From Lepidodermella squamata (lineage: Eukaryota > Animalia > Gastrotricha), in contig JBLDXI010000003.1 of the NCBI GenBank assembly GCA_047495785.1, positions 1,798,001 to 1,862,000 of the forward strand: DNA of 64,000 nt, read 5' to 3'. Below, one piece after another: positions 1 to 18,100 of this stretch. Positions within the stretch are counted from its first letter, which is position 1, and the number at the start of each line of letters is the position of its first letter. A program made the translations under genes and the position numbers. The notes under the pieces were generated by a model that was not told the DNA's origin, made no database searches, and saw only the letters and a list, made by a program, of their open reading frames with translations.

Positions 1-409
1 AGGATGCGACCTAGATAACATAACTCGGATCAACCTGTTAAGGGGCACAAAAAGGGGCTCCCCAAAGGTTGAGCGCAGATTCAGACATCGGAAGATGGCT
101 TTTGGGCATTGAATTCAACCTTGAAAATTCAGATTTTATTATTTTGATTTATAATTTAATTTCAGAAATTCAACCAATAATATTTTTGTATTTCAAATTT
201 TACATCCATTTAAGCTCATTAATGTAATTGCTTTAAAGTTGTGATCTATTCGACTAAATATTTCGGTTGAGCTCATCATTTAAAAATTAAAAAAAAATTT
301 AAAATTTTTAAAATTTCAATATTATTTTTTGACTTTTTTTATTTCAGGCAAACTCAAAGGAGAACTTTTACGAGGCTATTAAATGAGGAAACGAAAATCC
401 CTCACATGT

Positions 410-1716
410 TTATTTCAAAGTTGCAACTCTCAATTTATTCCAAGAGTGAGGGCAAGCTTCTAGTTCTTTCAACCGCAGCATATGCGCCTCGAAAGTTCCA
501 TTCCGTTGAGAGAAATCTTGCCATTCAAATTGGAACTGATATTCATTAATACTAGTAAACCTATTGTAACGTGAGCAAAACTCAGGCTGCTCCTCAGCCT
601 GCGTTAAGGAGTAGCAGTATCCTTTTCGCAATACAGTTAGATATTCATCCTTCTTTGAGTTTCCTCGATAGTACGTCCAGTGAAATGCAACACTCGGCCG
701 TTGGAGATTCATCATTTCCGGTGGAATGCCAGCTTCTTGCAAAGAGGCGACCTGCCCAGGTGGCACCGGGCCTGTCCATCCCAGTTCCGTTTCGCCAATC
801 ACCCAGAAGTACTCGTCACGATAAAATGTCCACAGAACGGTGCATATCATGCCATACTCGGATAATTTTTCCACGCCAACAAAAGCTGCGTCGAAATACG
901 CTTTTCCAGTTGCTTTCATGATTGTCTCTCGAACAGTGGGCAAATGCTTTGTTTTGATCACGACCGGAAAGTAGGACATGCAGTTGAAAATTTCTGCAAA
1001 TACATTACTACAACATTCTGCATGACAGACTAAAATTTACCTTTCATCCCAAGCAATTTTTGATTTTGAGCCGGAACTATCTGCCATCCGCTCCATATTG
1101 GCGATGGCTTGCCGTACTTCGGCCTTACAACCGGCTTTCCATCAACAAACAGGTCACGCTGAGTGATTCGTGCCGTGAAAACCGTGTCCGTGTCTATGAA
1201 GCCTACAAATTCCGCTTTCGTAAAATTATCGGCCCACAGCTTCATCCACTGAGCCCTGACCCAGCCATCGGAAGGGAAAGCCTTTTCGTCTAACATCTTC
1301 CTTATGGTCACGTTTTCGGGGCGAAGCTGCCGCGTTAGATTTGCGAGGTCGTCAAGAAACGCCGTAGCCTTGGGGTCTTCCCAATCCCCGACTATGACCA
1401 GATTCAGAGGTTGGGACATCGGCCAGAAGAGGGTAAGCGAGGGTAGGAGTAATTCCTTGTTCTCCTTCTTAGATCTGGCATCTGTTGGCGTTGACAGGTA
1501 CAACTCGAGATTGCTCGCCCATAGTTGAGTTTCGTCGCAGAGAGCGGTTGAACCTGTAGAACTACGAGCGATCCTTGAATTAGAAGATTGCACTGGATAG
1601 GTCTGGGCAGCTTGCTCATTAACCAAGTCTCTTCCATAGTATAAGTAGCAGATCAGTAGGAGAATTGAAGCTGAAATTCCCAATATTTCCCGAAGATTTG
1701 AGCTGCGAAGATACAT
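410..1716 (-). CDS. Type II membrane DxD glycosyltransferase-like protein, paralog 1 (2 exons: 1716-1041, 993-410)
   Basis: N-terminal hydrophobic anchor (ILGISASILLLICYLYY), short stem and a FVGFIDTDTVF DxD motif. A 47-nt GT-AG intron joins ORFs 1030-1752 and 410-979 in frame (..MK-E-IFNCM..). Strongly similar to 56108-58207 and 62503-end. Start taken at the first ATG. Confidence 0.75.
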
Positions 1717-2153
1717 CAAATTTCGGTCCAAATTTAGCAAAGCCCGTAACAATTATTCCTATTCAGAAATAGTTTTCGATTCAATCATGAAATCAAATAA
1801 TTGTGGCACGTGTCGCTATCGAACGTGAAACCAGACTAAAAACAATGAATGATAGAAAAAGTAATGACTCGGGCGCGCGATATGCAAAATACGGCAAATG
1901 AACGTAGTTTAAAACCGCATTTAGTTGCTCTTTGTTTTCATTGGAGAAATGAGAGCCGCCACCGACACAGGGTCCGATTAAACCATTAACCTCGTACGAT
2001 CGCATCAGCTCTTGATCCTGTTTTGCTTTCAAGTTATCATTCAATTAAAATATGGAAAAATATGGAAAGATCAAACATCGAAGAAATAGAAAACTTTATT
2101 GCGATGATTCAGCTTAATTTAATTTATCAAGTTTTTCAACGGCAATTTGTTGC

Positions 2154-2652
2154 CTAGTTGGAAGTGCTGACCGACTTGCTGTACGAGTACGAGCCCTTCT
2201 TGTTGCCCTTGCCCTTTCGGTTGAAGTTGTAGCCGAACTTGTTGCCGAAGTTGTGGCCCCACCTGTTGCCGGCCTTCTTGCCGTGACGGCCGAACTTGCG
2301 ACCGCCGTAGTTGCGCCTGTTGCCAGAGAACGAGACCGAGACCGAGACCGATTTCGAGTGGGAGCCGCGGCGTTTGTTCATCTTGCGGCCGAACTTCTTG
2401 CCGTGGCGGCGCTTCGGGGCGGCCCGCCATTTGCCGAAGGCCTTGCGGTTCTTCTCGAAGGACCGGCTCGCCGAGACACTGGTGCTCTTGTGGTAGTTGC
2501 GGTGCATCTCCTTCGACTCGACATTCCACACCTTGGCCTCAGAATAGGCTAAAAGAAATAAAGATGAAAATCTCCTACATTCAACTAGCAGTCATAGGAA
2601 AATTACCCAGTCCCAACAAGACGATGATTGCGATAGCGAGGAAAGCACGCAT
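2154..2652 (-). CDS. Secreted, highly cationic Gly/Lys/Arg/Ser-rich peptide precursor (exons 2652-2607, 2548-2154)
   Basis: Exon 1 MRAFLAIAIIVLLGL plus a 58-nt GT-AG intron joins in frame to AYSEAKVWNVESK... of ORF 2154-2531. TATA-like gctatatattaa upstream on the minus strand. GC-rich third codon positions. Confidence 0.8.
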
Positions 2653-3027
2653 TTTGGCGATGAAAGTTGCGAAAAAATATTTAAACCGAAATTGGAAAAC
2701 GGAATGATGATAATTTGTAGGGCTAACTCGGCGTTAATATATAGCTTGGCCACTGATATTTTGCTGCGATGTCGCATTGTTGATTTCCGCTTAATTAATA
2801 TTTGGAATAACGGAATAGGAACGGCCTAATTATTCCAACAATTATGACCCTTCTTTCTGCGCAATTTAGATGTGGGAAAAATGAGAAAATAGTTCCGCTG
2901 ATTCCCCACAAGCACAGCGGCGCGAATGGATATATCAGAGACTAAGTTGCAATTACAACATTGCTGTTTTATTTCACACTGTTTGCTGAGTAATTAGGTT
3001 AATGTAGCGGTCATGGATAACAGCAAG

Positions 3028-3098
3028 GCATCGGTGGTTCAGTGGTAGAATTCTCGCCTGCCACGCGGGAGGCCCGGGTTCGATTCCCGGCCGATGCA
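3028..3098 (+). tRNA. tRNA-Gly (GCC)
   Basis: GCATCGG...CCGATGCA acceptor stem, anticodon loop CT-GCC-AC, GGTTCGATTCC T-loop, downstream T-run terminator. Confidence 0.97.
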
Positions 3099-3246
3099 AG
3101 CTCACTGTTTTTCATTTTTTTATTTATTTTTTATTTATTTTTTGCGTGGAACAGTACTCTTGAAATAAAAACATAGTAAATGAATTTATTTTCTCCAAAA
3201 TGACTAAAAATGATCAATTGGTAAAATTTTAACATGTGGCTACGCA

Positions 3247-3726
3247 TTACGCGTAGGAGGCTCGTCTTCCATGTGCGATCTTCCCTTTGTTAGCAAAACC
3301 AAACAATTCATCTAGCAGCTTCAACTCTCGGACCTTCAGTTTTACCGGCGTAACCGATTTTGCTGTTAGCATCGACTCGTAATCAAAGACTTCGGTTGGC
3401 CTCCATGGCTCGAGAACAACTGTCTCGCGATATGAATCAGTCATTTGTACGGATTTCAGGTTCAACAGCTCGTTGATGTCGTCCCGCCAGTCACGTTTTC
3501 GCTGGCTAGGAGGAAACGCCTTACTGCTAGATGTTGATTCGGATGATGACAATTTCGGTAAATCGGTGGAATTTGATGGGAAAATTGTCGAAGGTCGCGA
3601 TGACGACTTCTGACTTACGGTTGAAGTTGATTCTAAGATTATGCTGAGCAAGTGATGCCTTTGATTTGAAGCCTTGAAAATCGTGTTCTCATGCTTTATG
3701 GCTTGTTGTTTCGTGTAAGCCATCAA
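3247..3726 (-). CDS. Hypothetical protein, 159 aa, with a Ser-rich central region
   Basis: ATG-initiated single ORF flanked by AT-rich sequence, with AATAAA downstream on the minus strand. No recognisable domain. Confidence 0.5.
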   Translation of the reverse strand: MMAYTKQQAIKHENTIFKASNQRHHLLSIILESTSTVSQKSSSRPSTIFPSNSTDLPKLSSSESTSSSKAFPPSQRKRDWRDDINELLNLKSVQMTDSYRETVVLEPWRPTEVFDYESMLTAKSVTPVKLKVRELKLLDELFGFANKGKIAHGRRASYA

Positions 3727-4505
3727 AATAGAATAAATTCAAAGACCGAAATGTCGCTAATTTTCTCTAATAAATCCCCCTTATTTATTGCAAGGTATAT
3801 GAGAGAGTATGACTGCAATATTATAGCTACCCCTTTGGGTGCCATATAGACCATCAGAAATGCCTCGGGTGTACAATTGATTCAGAAATTAGGAGTACAA
3901 TTAAATTAATAGACTCTTCTTGTTCATTCATGTGTAATTTATTACATTTTTTGATTATACAGTCGAGTGGTTTTTTAATTTAAAAAATTTAATTTTCAAA
4001 CTTTAATTTCAAACTTCTGGCCCTACTTCGAGATGCTGCTAGCTATCTTTTGGCTTTTAGACTAGACAGTATTGAAAAAATCATTGATTTGTGAAATCGA
4101 TACTTGGAATCGATATCGGCTCTGTGTAAAGTTCATCGTTTGATAAAAAATAGTAATATAAATTCATTTGCTTTTTACTTTTTATTTACTTCACGTTCAC
4201 GTTCAAAGTTCAACTCGAAAAATTCATAAAAAATATTCAAGGTATTAGCTATTTTTGGTGTGGATAATACCCGGCTTTTTAATTGATTCCACAATGAATG
4301 ACTTTCTCAGATGGCTTTCAAAACATATTTAAAAAGAGCAAAATACACCTTGTGATACAAAATGAGCTCGTATTCCAGCGGCAGCATTAAAAAGTGAATG
4401 GCTTTCATTCATTAAAGTTTGGTTGTTTTGATGACTAATTCTGGTTTATACCCCGTAACCATCCACGCATTTCAAGTATATTTCAAAACAAAATAATCGG
4501 ACAAA

Positions 4506-6046
4506 ATGCTGTTGTTCGATCTGAGTAGTTTTTTAGCCCTAGTATCATGTTTAGTGTTCAGCTCAAGCCAGGCAGCAGAGTATGGCGAGAGATGCAAGGC
4601 TGATAAAGACTGTGGCGGGGTGTGTTTCCATCAAAAATTATCTAAATTTTGAAAGGGTGTCTATAATCGGTTGTTAATTAGGTTAATCAATATTGCAAGG
4701 TAAAATCGGTGTCCTGTCCTTCTCTCTACTGCCTATGCCAGCCCGGTTTCCAATATGTCGACGGCAGATGCAAGCGTCGTGAGTTTATCATTAAAACTTC
4801 AACTATCTTAGTTTATGTTACTTGTTCTGGTTCGCAAACCTTTTCCTTTTTTCCTCACTGGAAAGCTGAGAAATCTGAGTTGATAGATTTGTTCACATGG
4901 CCTCACCTTAAAGAGAGCTCACTAAGGATTATACGATTTATCTGCTATTCTTACATTTTAAACCGAGGTGGGTTGGGTTATCCTTCATTTTCTTGTGAAT
5001 TTCTAGAATTTTACTGTTTTCAACCGATTTTCGGCATTTTCAAGCGATTTTATTATTGTAGTATTATTTGCATATTCACATGCTCATTTGCATATTCATA
5101 CGCCCTTTGCTTAAGTATGCAGCGGCCTTTTACTTGAGCAGGATACTACTCTAGGCTTAATTATGGTATAATAATTCTAGTAATAAAACCCCTTTTTGAA
5201 TGAGAGAGAGGCGTTCTTATAATTGACTCCTAATTGCAGCAATCGCTAATTTGGACGAATCCTGCATCCCGGCCTCCGAATATTGCCCATTCAACAATGC
5301 AACTTGTTCAACAGACACTGGCCTGTGCCAATGCATCACAGGCTACGCGAAAGGGCCAACAAATCTATGTGAACTATCAACAGCTAAAAGTGGCTTCATG
5401 GGCCGCTGCTTCGACACAACAATGTGCTACGGCAACTTGCAATGCATAGGCTCTTACTGCAAATGCAAGACTGGACAGACAGTTAACACGAATCTTTACT
5501 CTTGCAGGACAAGTTCGCTAAATTGAAAGTAATTTTGAGTAAAGAATATCGAATCTATGTAACAGACGAAGTTGGAGATCTTTGCAAGACTAATGACGAT
5601 TGCGATTTGATACCATTCGCTTATGGCATCTGTCAAAAAGGCCATTGTACCTGCCCCTTGAATACGCAAGTTGTCTACTACATGCGCACCGCTCGGATCT
5701 TGAAGCAGACTTGCGCTTTTAAGGGTAAGTAGATAATGAAATCAGTCAATTTGACGCTTTTGCAAACGTTATTTCAAGTTGTCGGAGAGGGTCAGAGCTG
5801 CTCAGTTACAACTGGAACCATTTGCGACCCACGCTTCTACTGCGACATCTGCAGTCCTCTTGAACCGGATAAGAAGTATTGTTTAAGTAAGCTCGTGCTC
5901 AAGAATGGAAGGATATTAATGCATTTCTCATTTCAGGACCGAACTCTATTCTTGCATCCGAAAGCCCAGCAGTGACATTCAAAATGATGGATCTTGCAAG
6001 GATTCTTTTAGTTTCCATTTGCTTGAACTTGATTTGTTCCAACTGA
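4506..6046 (+). CDS. Secreted/GPI-like Cys-rich EB-module (EGF-like) repeat protein, ~6 exons
   Basis: Signal peptide MLLFDLSSFLALVSCLVFSSSQA, then YGERCKADKDC...CLCQPGF, LDESC...CQCITGY, FMGRC...CKC and VGDLCKTNDDC...CTC repeats. Short GT-AG introns. Hydrophobic C-terminus (RILLVSICLNLICSN*). Confidence 0.75.
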
Positions 6047-6658
6047 CCAAAGTCTTACTGAAAAAAGTAAAAAGGTTGATTCGAATAATACACATTTTCT
6101 GCATCATATAACGCAAAAGACGCAAAATCCACGAAAAATCCACTTTTGGCCCGAACTATCCGACCAAAGGAAAGTTGACCCAGGACATTAGAGCAAAGAG
6201 TTACCAGATATGAAACTCTTGGATGTTTTGTAGGTCAAGAGAGGGATGAATTTGGCTTGCCCTTGCACAACATCCTTGATCCGGTTTCTTCTGTGAGAAT
6301 TGTGGCATTGAGCATTGAGCCTACGCTATCAGCCTTTAAACTTTAAACAGATTCCATGGCATTCTTATCAGTTTTCAAACTGATTTCTCCAAGTTTGGCA
6401 GGAGGCAGTTTCACTTTGGGCAATATATATGAAATACATTGTCCTGACTTTCAATTGGCTTGTCCTGACTAATTGTCGGTCAAGTCACTGACTTATCGTC
6501 AGCTTGCTATTATGGCCTAGTAAATGTATAAGAAAAGAGAAAGAACGATAAGATAAGCGGTCTCTCAGCTGGCCATGAACCATAAAGAGAATCGCTAGAA
6601 GGTCATTATTAGGTGTTGGTCAACAGAGCTGTAACTATTCAAGCTGAAATATCGAACA

Positions 6659-11527
<4,869 letters not shown>

Positions 11528-12102
11528 AGCTTTCGTCCCGATAAAATAAGGTTTTAAAGGAGCTTCGTGTAATTCTCCTGCTTTTTCGCTTGGTCTGTTG
11601 CAGGTCAACAACTGTTTCATTCTGATAGGAACACAGGCCTAGCTAGGCCAAGTAGCTATGGCCATAACAGCCGAACCTAGATGAATAAAAAGAATTTCCT
11701 GCGTTGAACGAGAGTGAGGCAAAATACATCTAAAGGTCCCATTGGATCTGATGCGGACAAAGGGCATGGCTTTCATAGCGTTTAGGAATTTAAAATAATG
11801 GTGTAAGTTGAAACAGAGACCGGATGTGAGAAAAATTTGTTCGTGTGTAGCAGGCTCACATTAATAACGTGGTTATTCACTATTTACGTCGAAATAACGC
11901 ATTTTTTCTGCAACAATGTCATGAATTTCGTGCCATATAGTTGATACTTAAAGTGAAAAAACAAGATAACAAACCAAAGCTCGAGCCTCTAACAAAATGA
12001 AGAATGGCACCATCGGCAACATTTCAAACCCTGTTCTGATCAACCTTTCACTTATTCACAATTGTAGATAAACGTATCGTTTACTGAAAATCCAGCAAGC
12101 CC

Positions 12103-15100
12103 ATGCTCCTAATCAATATTCTAATTCTGGCATTATACGCACACGTGAAGTGGCCTTTCGCCGAGGCATGCGCCTCTAGTAGCATCTCTAACGATGCAAA
12201 TACAGCTGTGCGCCGTATGGTAAATATCCGAAGCTCTTCATGCGAATTAAAAAAAACATTTGACTTCAAGTACGTTCAATGCTATGCTAACGGTGTCGGA
12301 ACTTGCCGACAAGATAGTTGCCAATCAGGCGAAACTGCTGTAACTGGCTATGGAACGCTACATTTTTGCAAACCAAAAATCTTCTTTTCGGTTTCAGATA
12401 TCAGACAAATTTTCAGATCAAGCTGTATGCCAAAAGTTCATTCAGGTATCTGACTCATCCCGTTTTTAAGATTTTTGAGCCGTGAACACTTTGCAGAGTT
12501 ACGCGATTTGTGTGTATGGCAATGACACATTAACATGCGTACCTGCTGTTCCTGGCTGCTCGGGGACATTTCGTTTCGCCGCTCAGGTAACCATGGAAGA
12601 TTCACATTTAAGTTTAGTGTCATATCTGATATTAATGGCACAGTATGGCGCGTCAATTTACGACTCAATGGACAGATGCATCACGTCCATGAATACAATG
12701 ACAAGGGCAATGACTACAATAGCGACGGTGACGGCGCCAGCGACGGCGACAGTTGTTACAGTAAAGGACTTTCAACGGATGTCAATCAGTTTCATGGTTC
12801 GAATTTCAGGCGACGGGAAAATGGCTCCGATGTTCAGATGGTGTCAATCCATTTTGCCGTACAAATCAGTGTCGAGCTGGTGAATTCAGAGTGAGTTTTA
12901 CCAGCATAAAAAGCATATATAATGCTGCTAGTCAGAATGAATACCAATGTATATTTCATCAATAGACAAATAATAACTATATCATCTTAAGGAATTGTGA
13001 ATTGTTAATGCGTGTTCGCGTTCAATCATTCATAATAAGTGCTCTGTTGTGAGGTTTTCTCGGCCTCGGTAAAACATGCAGAATTTTTTTTAAATAAATT
13101 TACATTTCGCTGAACAGCTCAGCTTCACTTCAGCCGTCACCTACGATTCCGAAGGCGCATGTTCCTCCTCATTATACGTAAGTGTGTTTTTACATATCGT
13201 TGAATTACTCGGATTTAGGCATGCTTACGTCAGTTTCAAGACGGGTGACTGAAGCGGTGGATGAAGGGGCGAAACCATAGGGCGAAACGAATGACTTTTT
13301 ACTCGTCATCTTTCATCCTGAAAGTTACGTAAGCATGCCTTAATTTAAGTCATTACGACCCGAGCTTTATATCTTCTTGTGCTCACAAGTTTTTTTACTA
13401 CATTTGCTAGAGCTGTCAACCTGATGTTTGCTAGTCAACGATAGAGCATCTTCAAACTTCAAATTAGATAGTGATTGTTTTAATAAGTACATCGCTTTTT
13501 ATGCGTGAAATGTGGGTAAAGGGGGCAAGGGTGAATGTGGGATCTTGACTTTAATCATGTCATTTTCCGTCGCTTGAAAGACATTTTCAGAGGATATTCA
13601 GCAGCTTTGATGGAATTCGCGACTTTGCTTGAGGTTGTGCAGCTGGCGACGTAGAAGACTGAGGTGACCCAATCCGCCGTTTTAAAGACATTTTGCTACG
13701 GGGCGAAGAAAAGCCCCTGTTGCCATGCGTTGGCTTTGGCCCACGAGCTAAGATTAAAGATTGGTCGCCATCGATCCGCGGCATCATTCTGTTCCGCTAG
13801 CGGTTATAGGACAATGTCCCAAGCCCGGTCGCCGCCGAGGACTGGTTGGAGCTTTGGACTATGAGACATCGAACAGGCAGGGACAACTAGGCCTTTTGAG
13901 TAACCTGAGTTCGGCTAAAAAGGCAGCTCTATTCGAGGAGGTAATTGTGGGTAAAAAGTAATACAAGCATGCGAAGCACGGGCGGTGTCGAAATCGCGGA
14001 ACAGTTCCTATTGTTCCTATTGGTCATGTGACCCGAAGCTAACTGGCTTATTGTTCCGTGTTCCGTCATCGAGAAGACACAATTGGAGGAAAAATATATT
14101 GAGGGTGGAGAATAAGTAATTTCGCATGAAAAGAGATAGGTATTTTTCTCATTCCGATAGATTCCGACGGTAGAAGATATTTTGTTCCGCGTAATAGAGA
14201 CATTGTTCCGATGTAAGCAACTACGGCCCATTTTGACCTACTTTCACTTGAGCAGTTCTCGTTCCTAATTTAATTTCTCTAAGGGATTTTTATTCTCGAC
14301 TGTTCGGAGAAACTGTAGAATTTCAAGGCTATACCATGCGTCACACACCACGCGAGTCAGCCGTATATATCTGTTACTTTGTAATGATTGTTAATTCGTC
14401 CTGTAGATCCTGCCTTAATTTCCAGCCCTGACTTTTAATTGGGTGCGGCCTAATTATTCGGGAAATACAGTAAACCAACGAAACTATCGATGTGCTTACT
14501 TTTTGGATTTGTTGATAGGTTGCGGTTGCATGTTACAAGCCGTCTTCCAATTGGCCGTTTTTCAGCTTTGTTCCTGGTTACGATCACACATCCCCTGCCG
14601 GTTGCAAAAGTGAACAAATACAGATCAACTTTGGGGTAAGATTCTTGCAGTCAGGTTTATTTTCGACATCTGTAACAGGCCTAGTCATCTTAGCCACGCA
14701 AAATTATAATTTCGTTATTGCGGCCCGGTTGTGCAGATACGGACGGGTTAGATTTCATCAAACGATTTCCCGTGTTTTAATCTACTAAGTTTCGTCTAAT
14801 GTAATGCAAAACTGAGTGCGCAGTGGCATTTCGAAAATTAGAAAATTTGCATGCTATGGCTAAATTAGACGTCGCTGACTTCAACCTACCATGTATTGGC
14901 GGACCACACTAATAACCCCTTATATCCTAACCACGGATGCCATCGAAGTGTTCCACTTGAATGCCAAGTATAGCAATGCGTGGCACATCTAATGAGACTA
15001 ATTATGACGAAAATTGCATTCCATCTTAATAGTAGCCTGATTTAAATAGAGCGGTCAGCTAAATCAGGGTCCAGAGTTCCAAAAACCCTGTGGCTATGTT

Positions 15101-18100
15101 GAACTCGGCGGACCCAATTTAGCGGACTAAATCAATTTGTAGTACTTGACTGTTTGGAACTGCCTGAGTGAGGCTTATGATCTCAGGTGTGTATAGTAGG
15201 TCATTAGATGGCCCTTTTAGTAGGAATCTAGCAACCACATGGCACACCTCCAGTCTAGTCCGAAACACTGGTCCGCTAATATGTTGTCGATATATATGTC
15301 ACGAATAGCCCCAAACCTGACCGAATAGTCTTATCCACGGGCTATTCCGGGAATCCGGGTGCCATTCGAATCAGGACCATTGGAAACGTGGAAAAAAGCA
15401 AAAAAACCAGGGGGTCATTTGTTGACGCCAACCGAGTAACCCCAAATGACGGTATTAGTGGGAAGATTTGGGGTACGAGATACGAGACCCATCTTTCGTG
15501 GGAAACTTGAGGGAACTTTACGTGGGAAAGCGAGAAAATGTTTGGGAAGTTTGGGATTTTTAACGCTGAAAATCAAGCCAAAAATGGTATTTTCCGGCTA
15601 TCGAATTATACGACTGGTGTCACAATTCTTGGGAATAGTTTTCTAATGTATACAATTAAGGGGGATGTTTCCCATATAATAATGGGGAAAGTGATAAAGC
15701 TAACGTTAGAGCCCTGGGAAATAATCCAGAACAAATTCGGAATCAGCGCAAAATTTGGGCTGGAGTGCAAATTTTCAATAGCGCGATACACGCATTCAAA
15801 AAACAAAACTACATACATGTTTACTTGTTCAGCGAATAGTGGGAAATTTTCAGAAATATTTGCACTGATGGTGGGAAGAAAAACACCTTTTCCAGCCATG
15901 ATCAGATCCAATATCCAATGCTCTGATACGGGCTAATAAACTGTGATATCACCATAGATCGCTTCGACTTACTTCTATTCGCAATACGCCGACATCGAAA
16001 ACGTGTTGATACAAGACAATGGCTACGCATACAACCTTCTGTACAAAGCAGATAACCTTAATACAGTGAGTTACGAGCCTGATTTCTGAAAAGTCGATCG
16101 TTAAAAACCCGAACAGCTCAAATACAAGAGGTGCGGCCGCAGTAACAGTTTGATTTGCAGACCAGTGGCAGTAGGTTGTTATAATCCGAATCCGGCGAAT
16201 CAAGAGGAAATTTTGGTAATATCATAATCAAAATTGTTCCTGCCCAGTTGGTTATTTTTTGCCTAGACGGAAAAAGTGATTCTGCCCGATGTTTCTGCCC
16301 GCTGTTTCTGCCCGCTCAAACGATTAGGGTGGATTTTTTATTTTCGAAAATCAATTAATGCTCTCGAAAATTCGGGAAAACCTCTCACCTGAAATAATGT
16401 TGCACAACTTCAATTTCCGTTCCCAGTCCCTTTACTACAACCTTCAGACTCTGACCAAACGAGTGAACAAGTGAATAACCTTTATTAGAATGTTTAAACT
16501 TTAAAACAAGTGTTTGGGCCGGATTAATTGTTAATAACGACGGAGCAATTCGAGAAATTGAAGATCGGCATGGGTTTAGCTTGCTTTACGGGTGGCTCAT
16601 CGCGCGGGTCATTTTCGACGTTTCGAAGCAGCAGCGTTTGCGAGAAATGCGACTCGGCCACCACCAATCCTTCGGTTGGCTTGATCTCTTGTGCAGACAC
16701 ACCCGAAACTGCAGCTGATTGTCCATCACCGAAACCGACAGCCAGTTTGTCGCTGATACTTCGTCGTTCAGAGGTGTTGAGTTTGTGGTAACTGTTCAGA
16801 GAATCGACCGATGCATGACCAGTAATCTGGATGATCTTTCGAGAATCGACACCGAGTTCAGAGAGGGTTGAGACGAGAAACTTTCGAGCCGAGTGGTTCG
16901 TGATTCGTTTGGTAATACCAGCACCGACAGCGGCGTCCTTGAGGAGCGATCCAAGGGGGTTCTTGCCCAAATTTTGGCATTTGTAGAAGAGGCCGTCGGG
17001 TCGAAATCGGGTCAGGCAACCAACATACATTGGGTCACTCGGGCGCGAAAACTTTCCCGGTCGTTTTGCACAAAAAATAAGGAACAATCGAACCGGGCAG
17101 AAAAAGCCACCGTTCTCGTATGCTCGTGGTGCCAGTTTTGAGTGGGTTGATTCGCCATTCCTGGTTTTAGTCTGTCGCTCGTTGAATTCGAGATACCTGC
17201 GACCTCCAGATTCGGTTTTTAGCTGGACATCACCAAACCTGAAAACGGCCAATTTAACAATTTTTCAATGGCAATCCAACAACCTACTTCATTTGTAGAT
17301 GTTCATCACGGCCACGAAGACCGAAATACACGGTGAAAACCAGCCACAGCATCGTGATCAAACCGATTGGCGTGTCATCAGTCAGCGTTTTCGCCTCACG
17401 CATTTTATCAATATCTTCTCGTTCTAGGCATTCAGATGCTCGGGCTTTATTTCCCTTTCCAGCACGCTTAGATTCGACAAACTTGGATTTCAGCATTTTC
17501 ATGCTATAGAAGAAATCGACTCTCGCCATGGTGAAGTTGATTTCGTTCTTCGTCACATCGCGGAGATGGCGAATGATGGAGGAATAAATGCCTCGAATCG
17601 TTGTCGGCTCCATCGCGCTACCATCAGTCTTCGTCAACTGCTTGAGAAAAAGAGCGACATAGAGATCCATATCCTTGACCGTAAGTTCAACTAATAGTTG
17701 CTCCGAAATGTGGAATCGCTGCTCGACAAATGCGACAAATCGGCTCCAGTGGTTTGTTTTGTTTCCAGTGTTGCGAAATCTGGTTTTCTGAGCTGTGCCG
17801 TTTGCTTCAAAACCAGCCACGAAATTTTCGACTTCTTGAATGAACTCCGACGTATCACCCTCTTCATCGGATTCTTCTTCTTCGATATCAGCATCAAGTT
17901 CTCGTTCGAGAAGTCGAATTGGATCGGATTCTTCGCGCTGTTTCACTTCCACGGAGCCGTCAGCGAGAGCACCGAGGCCCAGGTCGCCAATATCAAAAGT
18001 GATCTCCATTGAAAATTCGACGGAAATTCGCAATATTCAATTGATAATAAAACAAGGAAATGAACAACGAACAAAAAAATTCAAAAAAAAAATTTGCTAC

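Noticed and set aside
13587-13961. GC-richer segment in intron 7 of copy 1
   Set aside because: Possibly a decayed element, but no motif could be identified
15446-15936. Overlapping ORFs with repeated TGGGAA motifs in intron 8 of copy 1
   Set aside because: No recognisable protein; looks like an unclassified repeat insertion
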